A stretch of 61,952 bases of DNA, filler included, from Choristocarpus tenellus KU-1152 (Eukaryota > Protista > Phaeophyceae): assembly GCA_964200185.2 (NCBI GenBank). It is 9 parts of 9 records of this genome, joined end to end, with 100 filler letters (N's around TTAATTAATTAA, not from the genome) between each part and the next. Parts side by side here need not be neighbours in the genome. Positions count along the whole stretch, not along the records: positions 36,079 to 41,272 come from CAXNAD020011551.1; positions 41,373 to 45,700 come from CAXNAD020015105.1; positions 45,801 to 48,497 come from CAXNAD020025559.1; positions 48,598 to 53,350 come from CAXNAD020013191.1; 5 more parts are not named here. One strand, given 5' to 3'. Below are positions 39,460 through 51,539 of this stretch, one piece after another; the stretch's first letter is position 1, and every line of letters begins with the position of its first letter. Under the pieces are notes generated by a model, which was given only the letters and a program-made list of their open reading frames with translations, ran no database searches and was not told the DNA's origin. The position numbers and the translations under genes were made by a program.

Positions 39460-40399
39460 TGAAGTACGGGTTGAGTTACTTGTGTCTAATTCGGGCATCA
39501 GTGTACCTTGCCTTGATGTCCGACTACCGTGTTCATGCAGTTTCCATCCGATGGGTTATGCATTTACACAATGGTATCGGATACATTGCTACCAGTCAGA
39601 GGTGTCAGTGTATCATATATGATACTCATCATGAGGAGTAGACCTATGTTCTTATTTGTTTAACAGATCGTGTCCAATCCAAGGTTCAGACGACTAAAAT
39701 ATAGAAATTCTATAAACAACTCGTCTCCATCTTTTCGACTAAGTTTCCAAACAATTCACCAAGGCCTGCGATGGATACGTTGTCTTCTTACCAGCGGCTA
39801 ATTATTCCCTGAACCCTACCTAGCTCCCCCCTTCTTCTCAATACTCTATGCACAATCTCATGCTTTGTCCAAGTGTCGACAAACGAGGGCAGATCTCATC
39901 TTCCTTCAAATCTTGGAGGAACATATCTCGAAGTCCACGTCCTATGCTCCTAAGGACAACACCAACCCTGAGCCTATACCACACACGTACCATGAACCCG
40001 ACGAATGACCTGGATCGCCACCCACACACACCAATACTAACCATATCCTTACCCTAACACTTACATTGAGCCCATCTGCATCCCGTGGCAACCTAACTAC
40101 GACAAGCGTCTTACCTGAATTACGTACCAGTGCCGCCATCGACCATACTTACGCCAACTCAACCCTAGCTCATCACGATTTAATCAACCCACTAAACCTA
40201 ACCCCGAATCAAGGGAACTATATCTTAAGATGCTTCCAGCGAAACGTACGACAATAGACCTTGACCAATAACTCTTTGTGAACACATCCAGAATCCGTCG
40301 ACACATAATATCAAAGAAACGCTACACTAACCCGAAAGCAAAGCCTAACCATTTTCCCTTCCTTCATGTCAACAACTTTTACTAACACCCTGACCGACA

Positions 40400-41245
40400 A
40401 ACCCGTTTGTGTACATATCAAATCCGACACATGCAAGCAAATAAACGAAATACTAAATTGAAAACAGTCCATGGAATATTTTTTATTCCTAATGCAAACA
40501 CCGGGACAACAGGCCCTAACTGACAGTCCTCTTTGTGTACATACCAGACTCGACCCATGGTCTTTTTTTCAATTCCTCGTGCTAACACTGAGACGACACA
40601 CCCTAACCGGCAGCCCTCTTTATGTACTAACCAAACCCGACTTATGCAACCAAACAAACCAGTAACTAACCCTAAAACAACCAATGGCATATCTCTCATG
40701 AGTCAAAGTATCTTAGAGGATAGAGCCGTGTCCGTTTGGAGATCAAAATCCAATGTTGCGATTTTGATGTATTTTGGCTATCATGTTTGTTAGAGGAAGT
40801 GTCAATACCCATGTTCTGAACACACCTTTTCAAAACATACGCATTTTATCTACTTCGAAACATTTCAGAGTAGGAAAATGTCAAAAAAATCCATGGGAAG
40901 CCAAGCCCCAAATGGACAGACAGGGCAAAATTCGCACCCTTTCACTCTCATTCTTCATCTTAACTATAGGACCAACATACACTAATCAATAAGCCTGTTT
41001 GAACACATTCGAAATCCGACACATGCAAACGTCGAAACTCCTAACGAAGCCAAAAGAAATGGTGGCATATATATTCCCATTCCTCGTGCGTATGCAAGGG
41101 CAGAAGGGAACCTAACCAACAGCCCTCTTTTTTTCCCCCACATTGCAAATCCGACACGTGCAACCAAATCGCACCAAAATGTGAAAATCGAAAATGGGTC
41201 AAAAACGGACGCTGGCACCCCCCCCCCCCCAAGATACTTTGACCC
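40400..41245. mobile_element. Family C non-autonomous element with subterminal repeats and a nested family A MITE
   Basis: aaatccgacac(a/g)tgcaa recurs at ~40420, ~41012 and ~41147; the terminus is C-tract+aagatactttgaccc. The left boundary is approximate. Confidence 0.55.
40700..40947. mobile_element. MITE family A copy
   Basis: gagtcaaagtatcttagaggatag ... cgcaccctttcactc. Confidence 0.85.
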
Positions 41246-41272
41246 ATAACTTTCTCCCAACTGTTGAAGTCA

Positions 41273-41372
41273 NNNNNNNNNNNNNNNNNNNNNNNNNNNN
41301 NNNNNNNNNNNNNNNNTTAATTAATTAANNNNNNNNNNNNNNNNNNNNNNNNNNNNNNNNNNNNNNNNNNNN
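41273..41372. other. Artificial contig linker
   Basis: N44-TTAATTAATTAA-N44. Confidence 0.97.
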
Positions 41373-41377
41373 ATTAC

Positions 41378-44300
41378 ATGCTCCTTAAACTTATTCCTGC
41401 AACGGGTGGGGGTAACACCTCCCACATGGCTAGGAGCTGTAGTGGAGGTGAACGACCTTCGGGGTCGTTCACTGGTGCTGTACTCAGACTGCATGAACAC
41501 CCAATATCATGCACATGTGTTACATATTGTGGGGAAAAAGGGGGTGGGATGAATAGGATCTCATGCAGTGTTCCATGGCAAGGGGATGAAGCTGAGGGAA
41601 CTGTCTTTAAAAAAACACGAAGACTTACGTCAGGCCAGGCAGTAAACTACCCTAGCCCCGTTGAAACACCTAACAGCCCTGGATGAACTCTCTTTAAAAA
41701 TATTGGTACAAGTTTGGTCGGCAGATGGTCCCTGATGAGAAGTCTGGAGACTATGGACCAGAACTGTTGAAAAATGTTGGAATAAGACTGGCCTTTGGAC
41801 TGACCCTGTTGAAATGTCCAATGGCCCTGGACCAGCCCTGTCAAAAAATATTGGTCCAAGTTCGACCCAAAAAAAGAATACTTACATTTACCTGACTCAA
41901 TGGAAAACCCTCTACAATTCATGTATTGCATGTAATTGATCATAAACACCCAACAATTGCTGCTGTAGTAGGTAGGACAGCTTACCAAGACCAGTGGGAT
42001 TACAACTAACCATATTTTATTTTCAAAAAACATCACTTCAACTTATCCTCATCAATATCCATGCCCACCTCCAACCAAGCCATTGAAAGCAATTGGGATA
42101 GACCACTAAGTATAAATCTCTTGCACAAGCAATCCATCATACATCCCAAAGATGCAAAGGACATACCCATCAAAGCAGCATATATCCAAAATAACATTTG
42201 AGCATTTTGAGAGCTAATCCTACTGTAGCCAAAAGCAAAAAGTAAAGATATTCCCAACAGGGCAAAACATTTGAGCCAACCTATGACTGTTTAACCAATT
42301 AAATAACCCCCTGGATCGATACTAAACATCATATTTCCAAGAGGAGGCATAGAAAAAACAGCAAATGCAAATATAGCAGTAATAGCAGACCTGCACTCAT
42401 TATTTGGTGTATTATTAAGAAATATTTTCTTAATCCATCATCATAAGCTGCTTTAGATCATACGGAGAAAAAAATAGATGATCATCAACTAATCTGCACT
42501 AAACTGCAACTTCCTCATAAAGACACCTCACTAGCATCTGAACCCATCAGCATTACCCTCAACCTAACCTATACATTCCCTATCTAATCGATCAGTCCAC
42601 CTGAGCCCTCACCTGCCCCCATCCCCTCCCATCCTCTTCGGCAATATTGTGTTCCATATGCCAACGCATGTCCTCCTCATCCCACAGCTGTCGATATGGC
42701 CGACCCAAAGACACTACCGGAGCCCTTGCCTTGGAGTCAGGGATGAGGCCCTTGAGGGCTGTTGTTTTCAGTGCCAGGGTTAGCCCCCGGGTCAAGAAAT
42801 GTAAAGTTCATGGTCCAGTGGCCAATCCCAAAGCCGGTCCAGGGTCATCAACCACGAAGGGTAAATAGTTTGTGTGTTAAGATGATAATATTGCTGAATT
42901 TTTGTTCGACAAATTCACAATTTTATCAGGGTTAGGATTATAAGTGGGATGGGGCGTGGTGCTGAACCAGGCACTACATGGAATTGTCTCAGTTGTGGGG
43001 ATCTCCACCAATATCACAACTAGCCAAATTCAAATCCTTGACCCTAGAGTAACAGGACAAAGGAAAATAGTGGGGGGGGGTTGAGAACATTAGAAGCAAT
43101 TTTCTTCTGCCCCATAAGGTACTCTAAGAAAAACAGAAACACCTTGTCCCTCCATCATCCCCCTCGCCCTTCTATGTCCTACTCCGTATGAATATCTACA
43201 CTACCTATCAGTAAAACAGACAAAATTCCATTGAGTCTACTCACCCTCAACAAACTCATCGGGCTCCATGAGAGGATGCAGCCAACTTCCCTGATGCTGG
43301 TCCTGCATCAACACAATGGTGCCAAAGCAAGACACATAGAGGAGTGCTGAGCAAAATGGCAAACAGATGGGTGCAAGCAGGGCCTGATGCAACAGAATTT
43401 CCTGTTACGTCTACTGGGGCGAGACTGTTTTTTTTTATGCATAGCTGTGTGGTAGGCACATGCTAAAGGAAACAGGGTATTGGAGGGGGGGTAAGGAACA
43501 CAGGATCAAAGAAGAAGAGGAAAAAGAAATGAGAACCAAAAACACTTTCCAGGAAATGCATACTTCAATCTGCAGACATACATATATATGTATGCAAAGG
43601 GTACAATTGTTGAAAGGAATACAACTCGCCATGGAGAGTACAGAGTATGAAGAAAAAAAAAGGAAAATGGAGTGTGATCTGCTAGTCTGCAAAAGCTTTC
43701 AGTTCAAAAACAAAAAACTTCAAGCAAACTGCCTCCATCCCCCCATCCTTTGTCCCTGTAAGCACCACAAGCCTGCACCCTGATTTCATCTAGCTCACCA
43801 GTAACTCCCTTGCCAACTTCTCAGGAATGTCCCATTGACTGAGTGTTGTCTTCTGTATTGTGTTGAGGAGTTTCTCATCCGTATGACCCAAATCCTTGAA
43901 GGCATCAGCAGCATGCTTGTTCCACAGATAAGCCAGATCTGGGTCGCCATGGACTTCAGCCTTTAGGGTAAGAGTGCAAGTGTGAGTTGGCAGGGGGGGG
44001 ATAAAAGGAAGTGGTTGAGGTGTGCCTGAAGATGCAAGGTGGGAAAACTAGGTGAGGGAAGCAGTGAAGTCAGGGATACAGAAGGTGAAAGTGGCACCGT
44101 CAATGGGTACTTGTGAGGTCGCGGGCAGGGGATGGAGGCAGGGATACGATCAAGAGTAGAGCAGAAGGAAATTATTACATGCATTTGGTATCACCAGTAC
44201 GATGAGATGCACTGTCAATGTGGAAACAGTGGGACTGGGGGGGGAAAGTTTGGGGGAGTAGGAGCGTCAAGTGTGGCATTCCAATTTAAATGCCAACACA

Positions 44301-45291
44301 GGAGCGATATCTGATTGGTGTACGCATAGGCATGGTGGCCCCATCAGGGTTGAAAACATGGCCTGCAGAGTAAATATAGGGGTGTGATATTGAGGCGCGT
44401 CAGTCCACAGACAGTGGTGACTAGGGTGGGCCAGGCTTACCAGCAGAAGCGGCCGAGGAATGGAGAGAGCATTCATGGTGATGGCGGAGGTGGAGCCATA
44501 ATGGTAAGATGAGTATATGCTTACGTGACTCATGTCGGAATGATATCGGTAAGCAAATTCGGAAAAACGATTCCAGGATGCAAGGCCCAAGACTTCGGGA
44601 CCCGTCTGTGTCAAGCCATGACCACTGTGTGCCGTGCAAGGCGATGGAAAGTGACATAGAGGTAAAATTTAAGAAAAGTAGTATATTAGGGGAGAAAGCT
44701 TACCACCATGTGCGACATAAGGGCGAAAGAACTCAATACGTATCCACGACAGGGTCTAACAAGAATGCGGGCAATGCAACCCCCCTTATTATGTGTCATG
44801 CGTGTAGATTATAGGATCGAAGAGGAATTCGCATGGATCTCCAACAAATTAGACTATACATCTAAGTGAGGGATATCTGCAAGGGAGACGAGAGTGGTGG
44901 CAAGACGGCTTACCACTGGCTCATCTTCATCTTGACTCGAGTCGTCCGGTCGTTTGCGGCGTCCTCTTGGAGTCTTCCCCCTCCCAAGCCCGACCGTAGC
45001 CTTTCCAGAGTCACCCCCTTTCCTATTACTCACCTCCTCCCCACCACTTTCCTTCCCTCCACTACTCTTGATTCTTCCTCTCAATCGCCTCTTCCCCCTG
45101 GTATTGAACCTACGGCCCTTCGCTCTACCCCTGCCGCCTTTTGGCACGGCAATTGCCACAGAGCCACCACATGATGAAGTTGAATCCACAGTCACTGCTT
45201 CCTTTACTTTTCCCTGGTCTAGAGTTCCGAGATTGTCCTTGACGTCTAGGGATCCTGTGACTTCGCGGTTTTCACCTCTTGGGGGGTCCAT
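41378..45291 (-). CDS. Unidentified multi-exon protein-coding gene (partial); basic/Gly-rich low-complexity N-terminal part
   Basis: Phase-consistent GT-AG exons 44914-~45291, 44525-44605, 43799-43960, 43245-43302, 42613-42758 and a tentative 41378-41488. They encode TGPEVLGLASWNRFSEFAYRYHSDMSHAEVHGDPDLAYLWNKHAADAFKDLG...WDIPEKLARELLDQHQGSWLHPLMEPDEFVEALKGLIP... Confidence 0.6.
42144..42476 (-). pseudogene. yccA: Bacterial (Rickettsiales-like) Bax inhibitor-1/YccA family gene fragment, 5' part, with a frameshift and a stop
   Basis: Reads SKAAYDDGLRKYFLIIHQIMSAGL[fs]AITAIFAFAVFSMPPLGNMMFSIDPGGYLIG*TVIGWLKCFALLGISLLFAFGYSRISSQNAQMLFWIYAALMGMSFASLG. This matches the alphaproteobacterial YccA pattern 'DxGLRxYxLxVYxYM...FAPLGI...AQxLFWxYAxLxGxS'. 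It is AT-rich and intronless. Confidence 0.8.
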
Positions 45292-45700
45292 TTTGACCCG
45301 ATGATCCCCTCAATGACCCCCTAAGTTCTCGGTATCTCGGTGGCCTCTCCTCTTCCAATCCTCGTCCAATTAGCAAAAGATGGGACGTTAGTAATCCCAG
45401 GCTGAAGATGTGTATATAGAGGTTGTTGGTGGTTAGGTGATGGGAACAGGGACACTCCCCTTCCGCCTTCCAACCTTTTCAGTTTCTACTTTAGACTATA
45501 GAGAAGATTAAGTCTCTTGATCAGATCATGCCTCATCGCATCATAACTTAAATATTTACTTATCAATATACTAATTTTTGTCGAATACTTGTTCATATTT
45601 TTCCATCATATTTAAACAAAAAATCACCATGTTCAATACATAGATATATGGTAGGAAAGGAGTAGTTAAATCCAGACTACGCCAAATTGTTTCGGTGACT

Positions 45701-45800
45701 NNNNNNNNNNNNNNNNNNNNNNNNNNNNNNNNNNNNNNNNNNNNTTAATTAATTAANNNNNNNNNNNNNNNNNNNNNNNNNNNNNNNNNNNNNNNNNNNN
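45701..45800. other. Artificial contig linker
   Basis: N44-TTAATTAATTAA-N44. Confidence 0.97.
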
Positions 45801-45926
45801 CTAACCTATGTATTCCCCCCCCCCCATAACATACACATAGTGACCAATCAGAAACAAACAAGCCTTCATGGCATTTACATTCAATTTTTACCTTTCCAAT
45901 TTAGAACTGAAATGGTTCAACCCTAA

Positions 45927-46104
45927 GGCTTAACGTATCTGGGAGGGGGTGGCGGCTGTCCATTTGGGGTCAGTTTTTTCTTGTCGCGATTTTTGGGCGA
46001 TTTGGTTGCATACGTCGAATGGTTACTGTAAATTCACTTTTCCTGATTTTGCCTCAAATGGACACCCTGGTGTAGACCCCCCCCCCCCCTAGATACTTTG
46101 GGTT
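45927..46104. mobile_element. MITE family B copy
   Basis: ggcttaacgtatctggg...gtccatttggggtc...caaatggacaccctggtgtagac+C-tract+agatactttgggtt. Confidence 0.8.
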
Positions 46105-47602
46105 CTATGAATGACCTACAAAAGAAAGTCAAGACCCATCCTTTACTACATCTTCTCCATGAGGGTTTTTTTCAAGACAGTTACGGTCTTGTCATTATTA
46201 CGACTGCAGGTGCAGGTTCAATCCATGTACAGTTTTGTTCCTGGTTTGAAATCTGACAACTGGGTGAATCACAAGTCATGTCCCAGACAAAGGTCTGAGG
46301 TGACATTATTCAGTAGGTGCACAGTTCAGATCTCACTTCCACTTGTACAATGATCACATCAGGTCCTAGTTTACATAGGAGATCACAGGGTGTGTCCTTG
46401 GTTTGGGTGCACTTACAGGGTGGACACTCCATGGACCCAGTTGTGAGAAAATGATACCATCAACAGCATCCATCCCACTTGATTAAGAGATGTAATCTGA
46501 GTTAGTTGATGGGTCCTTGCCCATTCTGAGCAGAAAAAATTAGAAAAAAAATGAAAACAAAAATATTGGAGCAAATGACTGAGTTACGTCAAAGACCTTT
46601 TTTTTATTGAGGCGATATCAGTAGCACTTGAGCAATGATAACCAGTGCATAACTGCCAGACAGGAATGGAACTCCATGTTGAGTTAATTTCCAACTCTCT
46701 CACTGTATCATTATGATGGATGGATCAATCGCCTGCCCAAATCCAATGATTAAAATCTCTTCAGTCAAGACACACAACAAATGACTCAAGCAACTACATC
46801 AATAATAATAATAAAAAAAAAACCTTCGACCAGCAATGGGGTTAACAACGCCAGCCTACACACTACGACCAACCAGTGCGGTCTGGGAACAAATCAACAG
46901 TCTACAAACTAACACACACCACTACACTCCAGATACAGGTCATGATTCCCCCACCAGACACTAAACAGAGCAAGCAATTCCTTCAAGAACACTCCCTAAA
47001 AGAAGTCCTCAATCATCACTCCTTCAACGTTTGCTAAACAACTTCAAAACTGATGCCCCAGGCTGGGCTGCTTGCCACACTATGCAAATGTCACATATTT
47101 AATACAGGCACAACGCCCACCCCACCTGCCATGCTGACCTGCAGCTTCTTCTCGTGAGCAGAATCCACAACTCGCTTGCCCCCATCCCTTACTGCTATTA
47201 ATAGTGCACACGCCATTTAACTTGCTACAAAAACTCTCCTACTCGTTTGCACACACACCCCAATACCAGCCAGTTCCTACTCAATGGACTATGATAAGCC
47301 TCAATCTTTCATGTGCACATCAGAGCACAGAGTCACGCCAACACCACCACTATGACTAATAACAATAAAAACATTGAGAGAGGATGGACACGGTAAGAGT
47401 GAGAGCACCCTATGGGCTCAACGTGACAGTTACCCAAATATTGTAGAGGTCGTTCTGATCCCATTGATGTAAATATTGACTTCCAGAAGGTATCCCCAAA
47501 CCTCTCAACCTTCACATGACCCCAGAGCCTCACCACAACCCAAATAACTGTAACCTCCCCTCAACAAGGTATCAGAGTGGAAGGCCACGTGGCTAAGAAT
47601 CA

Positions 47603-47923
47603 CTATGCATCATTGCCTTCCTCAACACCTTTGCTGCCCCCAGCTCCCCCCCCCACCCAAATCCCATCCTTCCCAACGCCTCCAGCCTTGCCATTAAACC
47701 CCCCACCTGCAGGGGCATCAGGTCCATAACGTGCCCCCAAAGCGCTCTCTAGATTGAGTGTAGATGCATCTACCCCCCTCAGTGTACCCAGGGCATTGGC
47801 CATGAATCCTACATCATCCAGGATCCGCTGTCGTCCAGCGACAGTAGAAGGTGCCACACCATCTCGCTCAAAACATTCTGGAACTTTCCTGTTGAGGAGT
47901 ATGAAGATTCGGTGGAACACATC
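47603..47923 (-). CDS. VPS54: Terminal exon of a VPS54-like (GARP complex) protein
   Basis: A cag acceptor precedes DVFHRIFILLNRKVPECFERDGVAPSTVAGRQRILDDVGFMANALGTLRGVD...*, which resembles the Vps54 C-terminal helices (IF...F...STxxGKQRLLxDVxF...LxxL). Only one exon was seen. Confidence 0.55.
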   Translation of the reverse strand, partial: DVFHRIFILLNRKVPECFERDGVAPSTVAGRQRILDDVGFMANALGTLRGVDASTLNLESALGARYGPDAPAGGGFNGKAGGVGKDGIWVGGGAGGSKGVEEGNDA

Positions 47924-48497
47924 CTGTCCAAGGAGAAGTGTCAGTGTCAGTTTCAGTTTCAGTTTCAGTGCCAGTTTCAGGGAGGGGAGGGGAGGGGGAG
48001 GGAGAAGACATGCCCCAGAGTTAGCATCAACAAGAAAATCTATAAAAAACAGTCTAAGAAACAGGACTGTCAACAAGCAGAGTGACAAACAGACTTGAGC
48101 CAGATTATAAGAAACAAGCAGTGGAGACACAATTGATTCAACGGGAAGAAGCTAGTATGAGATTAACAGAATAGATTCTCAGAATAGATTCTGCTTCAAA
48201 GAGGAGCAAAGACCGTAATATACGCGCAGAACAAATTATGTTCTCACTAGAGAACCAGCCAGAAACAACCACTCACTCTAAGAATTGTCCGTCTATTGCC
48301 CTCAAGTCAGGGCGAAGGCTAGGAGACATGTCACAAGAGCTTCAACAACACAAACTAGCAAGGGGGGAACCTGCTGGAGACCGCAATCACAAAGGCACCA
48401 AAAAGAGACAACAAATGAAACTGTAGAAGCAATCATCCACAAGCGTACAACATCAACCACAACAAAAAAGTTGATTCAGAGCAGGTTTGGGAGGGGG

Positions 48498-48597
48498 NNN
48501 NNNNNNNNNNNNNNNNNNNNNNNNNNNNNNNNNNNNNNNNNTTAATTAATTAANNNNNNNNNNNNNNNNNNNNNNNNNNNNNNNNNNNNNNNNNNNN
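48498..48597. other. Artificial contig linker
   Basis: N44-TTAATTAATTAA-N44. Confidence 0.97.
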
Positions 48598-48805
48598 ATG
48601 AGAAATCAGTGGCGAATGGGGGTTCGCCCGGGTTGGTCATCGGATGGAAGGGGTGACTGGAAATCAGTGGCAAAAGGGGTTTGCCCTGTTGGTCATCAGA
48701 GTTGCAGTGGCTGGAAATCAGTGGCGAAGAGGTCGCACTGGTGGGTCACAAGGGTTAGAATGGGGGGAGAAAAGGAATGGGAGGAATGGAAACATAGAAT
48801 AAAGA

Positions 48806-48859
<54 letters not shown>

Positions 48860-48885
48860 CCAGAATTAGTGAGCAAAACAAAATG
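48598..48885. repeat. Second copy of dispersed repeat D with an expanded (TAA)n tract
   Basis: Homologous to 36079-36370; (taa)n at ~48805-48859. Confidence 0.85.
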
Positions 48886-49306
48886 TGATATTGTCTGGAG
48901 AATTGAGAGGTGTGACGTCAGTTGAGGGAATTTGGAGTGGATTTTAGGGTAAGATGAGGTCAAGAGATTTATCTACAATTTTGAAGCAAAATCATTTTTT
49001 TTTTCCATATACAGATTGAGAGGATAATGTTCTGCATTTCTACCCATCACTATTATTATCGTACTTAGTGTTGTACCATACATACAATTATGGTACTATT
49101 TAATATTTATGGTGGTGAATAGTAGTACCATCAACAAGATACAGACTCATGTGGGAACCGTGCACTTCCTGTTCCTTATTTCAAAGTTGATGCTTATTCT
49201 ACCCTGTAGCGCCTCAGAGCAGTATGTATGTCTAAGTCTCAATTCAAGTTACGATTATCGTTCGTTCCCAAGAAGTATAACTACGAAATAACTTAGGGAA
49301 AACTCG

Positions 49307-51481
49307 ATGGGTTGCGCCAAGTCGAAGGAGGATGACTCCTCCTCGGCAGGACTCATGCAAACAAACACTACGTACATAAATCAAGCAGAGGATGCAGCTG
49401 AGTTACTGAGTGGTGCAGGCGAGTTTATGGTAATGCTTTTTGGCAGTGATTTCCCAAAGTATGATGGCACATGGAATGATGGGGTTGCACCTATGCCACC
49501 AAAACTGACCACCGCAAGTGGATCTTTTGTGATATGTAGATCTGCAAATCACATTGTGTTCAAATGGGGTGCGGGTACATCATATATATGAGTGGTAGTA
49601 TTTACTTCAACAGGTCGTTTGATCCCCGAAGCAATTCAATTTTGATTGAAGCCATTCCATTGTAAAAGTGTACCAGAGTGGATACCCAGTTCGACAGTCC
49701 GTAGTATTATAGAGCTAGGCGTACTAGACATCGGAGTTGTTGCAATTCATTGTGTCGGCACAGTATGGGTGCTTGGTAATCTCGATGTCAGCCCTTCAGA
49801 AGGGTCCCACCAAGCGCAATACTCGTTACGACCACGCAATGTCCTGTACAAGCTCACCACCATCTCGTGTCCATCGCAGAAAAGCTGTCCTCCAGGCTTC
49901 AACTTTCCATCTCCTGTAATAAGCTGAAAAATATGGACAAGTTCAGCAAGTCAGATCCGTTTGTGGTGAGACCACTCCCCCTAAGCTTACTGTGTCTCGC
50001 CAGGTTCTGTTGAGAAGAGGGGAAGGTCGCCATTCGCGCTTGGTCCCTTGAATTCTATGAAGTCGGGAAAAGGGGTTGCTGTTTTAGTGATCGACCTGAT
50101 GAAACTCGTGATATCGATCGAGTCCCAATTGCCTAAATGTGGGTAAGCGGTGTGTTGTCTTGTTGGCTATTTTAGGGTCGTCGTGACTGCATCCCCAATC
50201 CACATGATTCCTCATCTCTAGTCCCTCTACCCCCGTTATTACTGCCTTCTTGCTGTACAGATTCTGCTGGTTAACTTCCAGAGTCACGTCTAATCCTACC
50301 TTTTACTTTCCCTTGAGTATTTTCACAACTCATGTTCCCATTCCGACACCCCCAGCTTATGCCTAACCGCCCCAAGCACCTAGCAACTTAACGCTGACCC
50401 AAACTGGGTACGGACCACTGTCAGGTGGTGCGAATGCAGTCGCCTCCAGACGTACAGGAATGGGTGGAAGTTGGACGCACAGAGATAATCTCAAATACGC
50501 TGGACCCTCAGTTTGTGACCCTGATTCCTGTGGTGAGATCCTCCTTCAGTCCAACCTCACAATTTTTTTAATGTCATGTTACGAGTCGTTTCTTTGCTGT
50601 GTTGACTGGGGTTGTGGGGATAAAAGCGAGGGCTTCTCGTGCACCTGTTGGTTGTGGGAAATTCTCTAAGGTCAGTCCACTCTCTTCCCTTGATTGTGGG
50701 GACTGCATGTCTGCTCCGCAGTAGTGATTGAAAAAGGTTGAAGACAATGGGAGATGACCTGCAATCCTGTTGTTGATAAATTTTGTTCTAGACCTATTGC
50801 TATACACCAGTATCTGTCAAATTTTTGCCACTTAAAAAAAAAATATGGTCAGAAAAGACATTAGTGAAAAACCTTCTGACCCCCACTCGCTGTTTTTGTC
50901 CTACTTGTAATTGAGAAGGGTGTAGTGTAGAAATTAAGGTAAGGTTTGTTAGAGACTGACATGTTTCAACAAGGTTGTGTGTGCATAGAGTAGTTGTATT
51001 TTTCAGTTCTCTCTCGGTGAAAGTCTGTGAAGTCTGAAAAATTCAGTAAGACTAATGTATACACACTCTGTTTACTAGATTAAGGATAATTTATTTGTAG
51101 CCATCATAAAGTACCTATATTGCCCTGTCCAATTGTCCTATCCCCTTCTACCTCCATAGTTATTTTTTGAGATAGGGAACAAACTAGGACACTTAAAAAA
51201 TATATCAGAATCGTTCTGCATGTAGATTTTTATTGTTTTTAAGAGATGTTGTGAGTATGCATACATGTGCTGTGTCAAGGATGTATCAACATTTTGAGCT
51301 AGGAGAAAGGTTTGGCGCTCATGTTTTTCTGATTTTTTTTTTCTACCCTCTTTACTATTCAACTACCTCATGTAAGCTGTCCCCATTCTGACAAAATTCT
51401 TTACCCCCTTTGGTCTATTCTTCAACTACCTCATGTAAGCTGTCCCCAGCCCTGTTTTGCCCTGAACGCTTTGGTTGCTCT

Positions 51482-51539
<58 letters not shown>

